Assembly (NCBI GenBank): GCA_040285855.1
Contig: JAUFOQ010000003.1
Coordinates: forward strand, 2,418,001-2,482,000
Origin: Eukaryota sp. GEM-RC1
Lineage: Eukaryota
DNA length: 64,000 bases
Reading direction: 5' to 3'
Shown here in pieces: positions 25,436-36,197 of the stretch. The notes under the pieces were generated by a model. The model did not search any database. It was not told the DNA's origin and saw nothing but the letters and a program-made list of their open reading frames with translations. A program made the position numbers and the translations under genes. Within the stretch, counting starts at the first letter, position 1. Each line of letters starts with the position of its first letter.

Positions 25436-28400
25436 GCTTCCGAGTCAAATCCATCTGTTGGATGGACTTATCGACCTTCGGTAACCCCTCCGCCTATCCC
25501 AATAGTACAGAGAACCACACCTCCTATTAGGACACCGGAACCCTTTATTCCGGAATTACCCCCTACACCGTTAGGTTTCGTAATGCCGTCTAAAGATCCA
25601 CGAGCACCTCCACCTCTACACGCTAAGAGTCCCTGGAGAGAGCTATGGAATGCCGATGTGAAGATGTTTGGTTCTATTGATAAAGATCAATGGAGTCACT
25701 TTCAAAGACAATCAGTAAACAATGCTGAGTCTTACGGTTTTGTAGAAACAGACCAGTATCTACTTAGACCAGCCAGAACACTAAAAATGTATTGGCAACG
25801 CAAAGCTAACGGATACATCCCCCTCGACCCTGAGGTTTCGAACATCCATGACTGTAACGACAAACTGATGGGCTTTATAATGGATAAAACCCGTCCGAAC
25901 TCCCTTGTTACTGTGGAACAAGCTTACAATCTCTTACGGAATCCACTTCCTAAAGATCAAGTAGAGGCGATCGAAAACAAGTAGACAACCTCGAAAGATA
26001 CACCACTGCGAACAGCTTCTTCCATAGAAAACACACGGTAAATACCAACTCCGCGGATACCGTTCCTCCCTTGGTAGCCAACACTCCTTATGTGCCCGGC
26101 GGATTTGTTTTTGCAAAAAAGCCCCACGCACCGAACACCCCACGTCCCAACGAACTTCCACATGACCACATGCTGGAAGAGGACCACACTGCTACTAGAG
26201 TTGGAGCCCTATCAGTCTCACCTGAACCGGTTACTCCAACTCAATCCAGCACCAACAGTCCCAACACTGACGTAATCACACCGTACTCAGTACTGAAATT
26301 CGCTGAACGGTTACCCACTGACTCCTCCAGTGACTTTAACAAGTTGATGAAACCGAAATCACTTCACAGTCTGGATGACGTGGACGTAATCATTGATTGG
26401 ATTGCCGATTACATGAGCTTCTGTACCGCCCAGAAGGACTATACACTACCAGCATCTTCACCACTCGGAGATCCCAAATACTTCTTCGACATTGGAAGGA
26501 TTGCTGCCAAGGAAGCCGACACCCGTTGGGTCTCTCGACTTGTTGCTTACCCGGTTCAACAACAGATGAACTACCTGGGTACAGCAACGACTTCCAGTGA
26601 TGAACTCTTCCGACAGATCATCTTAAGAACCCAGTTTAAAAACATCTTGACCGCAAGAAACAAACTAAACGAAGTTCAGATGAACTGGTCGATCCAAGAT
26701 TACGAACAAAGATGGCTCGACTTCATCAAACGATTTGATAAAGTGCTTAACCGAAGTACACTGATTAAATCCTCCACGGAACCGTCCTACACGATGCTGG
26801 ACGAAAGAACCATCATCAAAGCTCTTTTGACTAATATCGGTCTCGCCTCTCTCTACCTAGAACTCTGGCCCAAATGGGAAGACTCCCTCCAAGGATTTAC
26901 ACTCCTTCTTTTCAACAATCCTCGAACACTATTACCAATGGTGCAAGAAATGGACAAAAGGTCCCACACATGTCCAACTTGAACAAAGAACGTGGAAATT
27001 CTCATGCACAGAGACAAGGATTCCTGGAACGACATCCCAAAAGCAATCCAACGCTCAGTATCCAAAATTTTCGCCCCAGGAAATTTGAAGTCTAAATCAT
27101 CTTCAAAGAACCCTCACAATGCAGCCCCTCCTTTCAAAAAGAAGCATCGCTCAAACTAATCTGATAGACCTCCTAAAAATGACAACTGCTGTAGTTTTTG
27201 CGACTCCCCGGATCACAAAATCAATCTTTGTAATCATCTTGACTGTCGTAGAAGCGAGCTCCCCGCGGATCAACGTCTTTCACGATCTGAGGCAAAAAAA
27301 CCTCCCACTCGTAGTCATAGTTCGCGTAAACAAAATAAACATAGTAAGTATTTCGTTCAATCGATAAATACTATTCACAATGATAACACATCATCGTCGG
27401 ATTCACATAATCCATACATAAACCCACTCCACAACATCAGTAATTCGAGTGGTACGAACTCACTAAGCCTGAATTCAATATTCAGCATAATCGATCACCA
27501 GGATCCACCACCATTCCTCAGCTGCAGTCTGACCATCAATGGTGTTTCGATTCAGGGTCTTTGGGACAGTGGAGCATCAATGTCCGTAATCACACGAGAC
27601 CTGGTCGATAGATGTTCAATGACGTTCGTCAACAAGAACGTTCCATTCACATCTGCAAACAACGTCAGATCTCACTCACTGAATAGCGTCCAGGGGATCT
27701 TGACCTTCAAGTTCAGTAAGGTGACACACCTAACATCTGTGACGAAGACTTTACCTATCATCCCTGGATCCAACAAATGTTTGTTAGGTATTGATCTCAT
27801 GAAGCAGTTGGGTTTACCGACTGAAGAGGGACTAATCATCCCGGTTCAACAAACTATGTTAGCTCATAGTAACGACGAGTCTGAGTTCGACTCCAACATA
27901 TCTATGCCCAATAGCCTTTCTATCATAGACAATATAGATTTCAATAAATTTGTTTATGATTCCGGTTGTTCAATCACATAAGATGACGATGATAGAACCA
28001 ATCAATTACTGAATCTACTCAATGAGTTCTCAGTTATTTTCGATTCCGTTCCCCACAAAGATGGCATCGATTGTCCACCGATGACAATTGACTTCTACTA
28101 CGAAGAGTCCACGGTGAAACGAAAACCTTGGAGGCTTAATCCAGTCAAACAAAGGATAGCCGAAGAAACCTTTCATGAACTAGTACGTTTGGGATACGCT
28201 GAGTATACTACACCCAACGGAAAATTCAGCTCCCCGGTAGTACTGGTGGTCTACCCCGATCATCGTAAGCCTAGACTTACTGGTGACTTCAGTGGAACTG
28301 GAGGAGTCAACGAACTTACTAAACCTGTACAACCGAATCTACCGAGAATCGCAGACATACAGGAATTCCTGAGTGAAGCTAACTACATAGCCACTCTCGA

Positions 28401-31127
28401 CCTGCCAAAAGCATTTTGGCAACTGAATCTGCGGATCACGAACGCGACAAGACAACTCTAGTCATCCATGGCCTAGCCATTCGATTCAAACGAGCTTGTT
28501 TTGGTTTGAAGAACGTACCAGCAATCTTTCAAAACTTAATGATGGATATTTTCGACCACGAAGGTATATTCATTGACATCGATGACATCATCATAGTCGC
28601 CAAGACTTTCGATGAATACATATCTAGAATAAAATTCGTTCTTGAGAGAGCTCAACTTTATAGAGTCAACCTTGGCTTACAAAAGTGCAAGTTCATAACA
28701 AAGAATCATCCCATAACTATCTTAGGTTGCAAATACATCGACAACACTCGTCGAATCGATTCAAAACGGGTAGAAGCTCTGGTAAACATACCAACACCGA
28801 CCACCATCAAAGAAGTCCGAAGTTTCGTCGGTTCTATCAACTACATTAAAGATTTCATAGCAGATGCATCTGACTTACTAGCTCCCATAATAGCCCTAGT
28901 AAAGAACAAAGCACAAACAGTTCACTGGACACCTCAACTCCAATCAAATTTTGATGAGATCAAAAGAGGATAATCAATCACATGCCCCTTTGCCTACCAG
29001 ACAAAGACAGACGCATACTGATCAGCGCAGATGCCAGCGATATCGCCGTAGGTGGTGTCGTCTGGTTGGAATGCACTCCTCATTCACCTGAGGGAACTCC
29101 ACTGAACGAACGCAAAGTAGAACCACTAGCATTCTACAGCAAACTACTCACTGACTCTCAACAGAACTGGGCCACAACCCAAAAGGAATTGTACGCCATT
29201 CTCCTGATTCTAACCGAATCCCAACTGTCGTCGTACCTTATCAGCAGGGAACTAACGATCTTTACAGATCATATGAACCGCGCTTACTTAATCTCAGCAC
29301 CCGAAAAGAATAGGATGGTCAAAGATGGATCCCTATTCTCAGTGAATGCCTATTCACTATAGTCCACACCAGTGGCGAAGACAACCATTGGGCTGACATG
29401 ATGTCACGCAACGTTATCAAAGACGTACCAACAGGGTCTATAAACAACATAGTCACAAACTGCCCAGAGCATTTGTTCTCTATAACCGATAGCCTATGTC
29501 CTACTGATGAGGATACAGAATATCAAACTTTATCAACAGAGTCGATCAACATGATTGACGATGCTCTGATCAACAAATCGAAGTTATTCGACGCTTGGCT
29601 CTCGAAAGTACGCTCTACACAAGTAGAAACCATCAAAAATAACGATCCATTGTTCCAACATCCGTCTACTTGGTTCAATGAAGAGTTCCAGCTATACATG
29701 AATAGCAACAACAAGATCTTGATACCAAGTGCCTTGGTGAAAACCCCCTTGAACCACTTACACGGTTTTCCACATGCAGGTCACCCTAGTACTAAAGATA
29801 GCATTGATCGGCTAAAATCTAGTGACTACTTCTGGCCCAGCATGATCAAAGACATGAAAACTCACTGCAAGCAATGTCCAGCTTGTCAAAAGACAGCTCC
29901 CCTTGCCAAAACTACTATCAAATCTTCAGGTAATTTACGGTCCGACCATTTGCAAAGATGAACGTCGATACAATATGACCACTCCCCATCGACACATCGG
30001 GAAATGTTTACCTACTAGTGTTCATAGATTCATTCACCAGATTCACTATTCTATGTCCACTAAAGGAACTGAATGCTCACGAGACAGCATATTCGTTAGT
30101 GTGTAACGTTTGCGCCATCTTCGGCATTCCAGACCTCATTCACAGTGACAATGGCAAAGAATTTGCTAATCACGTTTTCAATAACGTCTGCAATCAATTT
30201 GACATTACAACCAATAAATCGATACCTAGTTTCTCTCCTAGCAACGGTTTAGTTGAACGTCGACACAGAGACATACTTCAAGCATTACGAAAAATGCTCA
30301 TAGACTTCAATGACTATGACAACTGGAGTAAATACATCCCACTAGTACAACTGCTGGTAAATACCACGAAGAGTAGGGTAACTGGCTTTACACCGTACGA
30401 ATTGATGTTTGGATCTAACACCAACCCTGGTAGTGATCCAAGTAAAATCATCTCTTGTCTCACACAGAACCAGATATCAGGAGATTCGTTTCTAGCTGAT
30501 TACCAATCAAAATTAACAAGAATTTTGAAAAACCGGGAAGAAGCAGAAACCACCCAATCATCTATCAAATCTTCCATTACTACGGTTGATACGCCCTCGC
30601 TATTCGCTATCGGTGACCTAGTACTACGAAGTAACAAAACAGCTAAGAAGCTTCATGGCAAACAAGAGGGACCGTCCCTCGTCATCGACATCCCTTCTAA
30701 AAGCTCACTTGAACTGCAGAACTTTGTCACCGGACATCGCTTTCGCTCCAGCAGCCATCTATGCACCAAGTACCTTTCCGACAAACCCTCCTCTGATGAG
30801 TTCCACAAAGCAGTAGCATCTTGTGACTCTGAAGATATGGTCATCACCGAGATCCTTGATCAACGTGATTCACCTACAGGTCCCATATGTTCCGTCGTAT
30901 GGTTTGACGGCGATACTACTGAGGAACCTCTAAGTCTGGTTAAGAACACTAAGGCTTACTCAAGTTTTATTAAACTAAATCCTCACGCCAAACCCAAATC
31001 TAAACCCAATATTAAACCTAGAAGTACGCGTAATACAAAAGCGATCCCTAGTAATACTCCTAATTCTGTCATACACACTACTCCACCTGCCAAGAGGACT
31101 AGGTCCTCGAGAAAGGAGAAGAAGTAA

Positions 31128-31206
31128 TGTTAGTGTAATGACTCATCAGGACTCAATTGTATAATACATTCACTTTTACTCTCTAACATGGTACCTAAGA
31201 CCAACA
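31128..31206 (+). repeat. 3' LTR of Gypsy-1 copy B
   Basis: Starts immediately after the integrase stop codon (31125-31127). Confidence 0.9.
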
Positions 31207-31781
31207 AAACGTGTTTACTGTTGCTTCTCTAAAATGAAAAATTTATTATGAGGTGCATTTTACAAAATTAATAGAATATGTGGCGCATAATGTGGTGCAT
31301 TTACCCAAAGTCTTTTGTATACAAAATACATGATATTTTTGGATTTTTTTCCAGCGAGTGAGTGATTTATCGGAACTATGTATTTGGAATTGTAGTAAAG
31401 GATGATAAAAGAGGCTTGAATATTGTTGGCTGAAAACAATTAAGTTTGGCCCGCAAAAATTTGACATGGGCGTGTCTTACTAAACCCATTCTTTCGGCTT
31501 TTACTCCTTTTGCCACTGAGCTAGAAGGATTGCATGAAGACCAAGCACTGTAGTACCCGTAGTTTGATTAATATATACCTTTCACATTTTTGTTGTACTT
31601 CATTCAATTATCGACGACATATTTATCGATTTATAGTTCAATAGTCGATAAATTGATAAGATATTTTCCATGACAGTATATTTATCGAAGTTGCCTAACA
31701 AAAAAATAAATATAAGATATCGATAAAACAAACTCATGTTATACAATTGCTTTGGTTATCAGAAACAATTACGGTACAAAT

Positions 31782-32890
31782 CATACTTGTTCATCACACT
31801 CGTTTTGTCAGTGTGATCACAATCACAACCACATCACAACCACATCACACGATCACATGTGATCACAATCACAAATTGTGATCACAAATACTGTTTATTG
31901 GAAAAAATAAAGTTGATAATAATGTATTATGATATTTATACATATCGAAATTACATAACCCTACAGCTTTCATTTGCGAACACGATCTATTTCACTGTCC
32001 CGAGACCAATCTATATCAAGGTGCTCCTCCATATCTGCTTCTTCGATCACAAAAGATTCTCCAATATCCTCTTTATCATCCTCATCGTCATCGTCATCTG
32101 TGATGTCGCCAACAACACCTCTCAAATCAACATTTGCTACAACATCCATTGTATCTGCCGGTAGTTCTTCTTCTGCCAACAACACTAAAGACCCACATTT
32201 CCACAACCAAAAGAACATCCCCCACTCTAGATTTGGTCTCAAGTATTTAGTTGAGAATACCGAGATTCACATTTTTGGGTTCTTGTTTTAGAAGAGGAGT
32301 ATTGAAATGAATAATCGTCATGTTATTAAAATGATCGTTACTCAATTTCAACCTTCTTTTGGACACGTGGAAGTCAAATGAAGACCAATTCCTTTCTGTT
32401 GTAGATGCTGAACCAGTATGACCTGTAATTCTTTGAGCTAATTGACTCAACTGTGTATAAAGCAGTCTACCAACAGAGTACCATCATTGATGGATAGCGA
32501 AATCAATGACTTCAAAAGAAGTAAGTCTTGTGGTAAAATCTTTTGTATGATATACCATTGTTTGATATCTTATAGCACCCTTGACATTGAAAGCCTTCCT
32601 TACCTGATGTGTTTTCACAAACTTTCACAAGCTGGTAAAACGGATTATCCTTGTTACAATCGGATTGGAAAAAGGAAGTGATGAAAGGTAATTGTAGGTT
32701 TCGAGCACCAGATGAGACTCCAAACTGGTGCTCTAAACTTTAGAGTGTTGTTGAACAATTAAAACTGGTCTAGGTTTATCACATAAATGTATTATATTAA
32801 TGACTTCACTTAAGAATAGATCACATTTGAATCACAAGTGATGTGATCACAAAAAAAGGCCAGTGTGATCACATGTGATCCACAAGTATG
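31782..32890 (-). mobile_element. Complete non-autonomous hAT element (internal deletion derivative)
   Basis: TIR CATACTTGT..ATCAC at both ends, perfect 8-bp TSD GTACAAAT, hAT dimerisation-domain remnant at 32247-32480. Confidence 0.9.
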
Positions 32891-32909
32891 GTACAAATTT
32901 TAAGCAATA

Positions 32910-35240
32910 TAATTTATTTTGCAATTTAACGAAATACAAACAACTAGTACTTAAAAGATATTAAATGATCCACATCTACTCTTGAACTACCACGATACAA
33001 TTTGTCCAGAATACGATTCAAATACTTTGGGAAACTTCTATATAAGGAAAAAACAATGCGTTTGCGCCAAAGAGACTGATTAAAATTTTTCCTATGGTCA
33101 CGGCACAACTTTGAAAAGGCATTAAATAAATTTTCAGCAGCAATTCCAATATTACCAAGAATTGAAATAGCAAAAGGAATGAACTTAAAAGAAGAATACA
33201 AATTGGAATTCAGTTTGATCATTGTGTCAGAATATGTACTAATCTTTCTTTTCCAGCTTTGGATAAGTGGTTTTCAGTATCACTCGAAACTGAATTCAAA
33301 TATACTTTAGCACATGGATCAACAGTAGTAAAATCTATCACAGCTTGACAAGAATCAAGATATGGAACAATTGTTGGTCCGTGCACAAGGAATAGGGAAA
33401 AGTATTTATAAATAGAAGTTCTAAGACTTCAACACTGGTCTTTCTTCTTTTTCTTCTTCTTTCTTTGAGATATAAGTAAATAAAACTAGTAGCGATACAT
33501 AGCAGAACAACTACTGGGATACAAACTGTAACAGAGGAGACAGTCACTTGGGGATACAAACCATCTACAAACTGGCGACTCAATACTAACATCAGCGTAA
33601 GGTAGCTACCACCTTATTTAGGGACTTTCTACCCAAGGCTTTTCTACGGCAGCCTGATACCGTCAAAACTCCATTCTCGGAGTGCAGAGCGTTTTTACCA
33701 TCAGATGTTCAGCAGGGCCAAGTTTGGGGGCATATACACAGCAACGTGGGACAGATATAGACAACAAACATGAGCAGATATACACATCAGTGCAAAGTTC
33801 GAAGGAACACATCAACGTGGAGCAGAAGAAGCAAGACACATAGGCGGATATACACATCAGCACTAAGTACGGGGGAATTCATAGCAACGTGGAGCAGAAG
33901 AAACCAGGACACAAGAGGATAAACACAACTTTCTCGGTATCTAGGGTGAAATGAGGAGAAAGGGTAGAGCCTTGAATTGATGTTGGCCAGACACATTCAA
34001 GCACTAGAAGCAACGGGAAGCCAACCCGAAGCAGCGACTTAACCCTCGGAAAGGGACAATGATATCATTGTTGGTCCGTGCACAGGGAATAGGGAAAAGT
34101 ATTTATAAATAGAAGTTCTAAGACTTCAACACAATGACATCACCTCGTCGAGAATTGGTAATATTATCATCACTATATGTTGGTGCCTTCACCAATGGAA
34201 TGAAGAAAAGCTTGTTTATTGATCTATACAAGAAAGAAGAACTACTGCCACGTCACTATTCACTAACATATAATGCTTAAGAAGAGGTTCGATTCTCCCA
34301 TTAAACCCATGACATTTAAACATTTCATACGTAACGTCACGAACATCATTGTGTAAAATCGATCTAAACTGAAGAAATTTTTTGCAACTAACAATGTGTC
34401 TGAAGTCAGCTTATGGTCTCTTTTCACAACAACACATAGTATTAGCTAACAATTCAGATGGAAACAGACCTAAGCGAAGACACATGTTAACTTTCCAAGC
34501 TTCATTATTGAGATGTAGACCAAAAGCTCTAGGCTGTTGAGTAATAAACGATGAACAGTTTTTTAAATCCAAAAGAAAACAGCAAAGACGGGATTATTTA
34601 CCTTAGTAACACTAAGACGTTTAGAAAAATCCAAGTCTTCTAAGCCATGTACAACACAATTTTGCAATTTTACCACAGATAAATGTAGATATTCGATTGA
34701 CCGATCAGGAATAGAAGAGATTGACTTAGGAAAACACTTGTTCCAAATGTCAGCAGATAGGTTTTGAATGACAGAATCAAGAGGTCGTAACCACACAGAA
34801 TTCTGCGCGATTATTTGTGAAAACACATCACTAAATCTCAAACGGAATTCGAAAAGAAAAATTTTTGAAACCTTCAAGATATGCACTTTGACACAAATGC
34901 TCCGCTCTAGAAAATCCAACACCACCAAAAGAAGCAGAAAACAATGCATGATAAGGAAGTGTGGTTGAATCAGTTTCACCAAGATTGCCCAAAAATTTAG
35001 TTCTGATTTCATTGAATTTTTGAGCTACTTCCCTTGCAGTATCAGGAGGTATAGTCTCAAAAAATGATTAATCTCTGAACTAAAACAATCTGAAAGCATC
35101 GAAAAAGCCAAATGCTTTTCAATTTTTAAATCTTGAATTGACTGTAATTGGGATTGAAGCTTATTCAAAGAATTATACAAACTATCTAAAATATTACATC
35201 GATTTCCAAAGTAGGTACCCAAAAATTGGATTGACTCAAC
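32910..35240 (-). mobile_element. CRE-clade non-LTR retrotransposon, 5'-truncated, interrupted by TRIM
   Basis: FLGTYFG, IEKHLAF, NSRRGDVI|VPYLD, DFTTVDP, FIPFAISILG, WRKRIVF. Confidence 0.85.
33372..34131 (-). mobile_element. TRIM-like non-autonomous LTR element (760 bp, 63-bp LTRs)
   Basis: LTRs 33372-33434 and 34069-34131 (1 mismatch), TGTT..AACA ends, 4-bp TSD CAAT, purine tract on the minus strand next to the 33372 LTR. Splits the host RGDVIVP motif. Confidence 0.9.
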
Positions 35241-35359
35241 AGAATAGTTGGTAAACTGTATAACTTCATTATTGTATATAATTTTAGCATTTGTATTTTT
35301 GTACCCTCCATCAATACACTGTCTTTATTTTAGCATTTTATTTTCCAATCAAGAAACAC

Positions 35360-35890
35360 TTGGTTTATCTCTTCTGAAACATTATAGTGACAATAACGTG
35401 TTTGATTCTCGGCGTCGTGACTTAATTGTTCCTTTCCTGGATTCATCTCAAGTTGTGGTTGATTTTACTACAGTTGACCCGTTTGCAAAAGTCTACCAAG
35501 ACTCCATATTGAATGATTCGAATGGTCATCTGGAAAAGGCTGAACAGGTAAAGTATTCAAATTATGCGGATGCTTTGCAGAAGCTTAATGAAAATCTTTA
35601 TTCTAAGTTTTCATTTGTTCCATTTGCAATTTCAATTTTTGGTAATATTGGTCCAGCCGGTTTAAAGTTTTTCAGTGATTTTAGACTTTTACGTCGTTCT
35701 AATGGCAAGGTGTTTAATAGCGCTGTATGGATAAATCGAATTATGTTCGCTCTTTATAGAAGCATTCCCAGGTATTTATGTTCCATTTATTCGAAGTTGT
35801 ATAGGGACAATTCTCGTGTTGATGTGGAGAATTTAACTTCTTTCATTTTCTGAATTAGTATGTATTAATTTATTGTTGCAAATAAACTCT
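35360..35890 (+). mobile_element. CRE-clade 3' fragment (REL endonuclease)
   Basis: SRRRDLIVP, DFTTVDP, LEKAEQVKY, FVPFAISIFG, WINRIMF; ends near AATAAA. Confidence 0.8.
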
Positions 35891-36197
35891 TCACTCTATT
35901 TATTGTTTTCGACAACAATAACAATATATTTATTTCTGTCAAAAACAATAACAATATATTTATTTTTATCGAAAACAATAAACAATATATTTAAATAAAT
36001 ATTTTCACACCCCTGGTACAACCACTGCAGATCTTTTATCTTAAGTATTGTACTTATACCATATATGTTTGACATTTCCTGGTGGTGTGCAACTTCATCA
36101 TTATTGTTATTGAACTACATATCGATGATGGGTTTCTCGTGAAAGGACCTACTAGTACATGTGGACCAAATTGTAACTTCTTTTTCAAACTTTCCTA

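Larger units (their letters stand above)
24941..31206 (+). mobile_element. Ty3/Gypsy chromovirus-like LTR retrotransposon family 1, copy B, structurally complete, gag-pol disrupted
   Basis: 79-bp LTRs 24941-25019 and 31128-31206 (1 mismatch), TG..CA ends, flanks AAAG/AAAC, PPT, full gag-PR-RT-RH-IN-chromodomain order. Confidence 0.95.
24343..31306. mobile_element. TIR DNA element (possibly MULE) hosting Gypsy-1 copy B
   Basis: ~40-50-bp inverted ends GGGAAAATGCACCACATATTCTAT..TTTTGTAAAATGCAC (24343) and the complement at ~31253-31306. No clean TSD found. Confidence 0.55.

Noticed and set aside
33589..33660. tRNA gene or hammerhead ribozyme
   Set aside because: No TTCGA T-loop or D-loop GG in place; CUGAUG is not followed by A and the hammerhead core order is not met.
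33700..33930. CRISPR-like repeat-spacer pattern
   Set aside because: The units are diverged along their whole length (tandem repeat), the context is eukaryotic, and there are no cas genes.
35900..36014. ~29-bp tandem repeats as a regulatory array for the EF-hand gene
   Set aside because: They end in CACACCCCTG and resemble motifs at ~21100, so they are better explained as a transposon subterminus.
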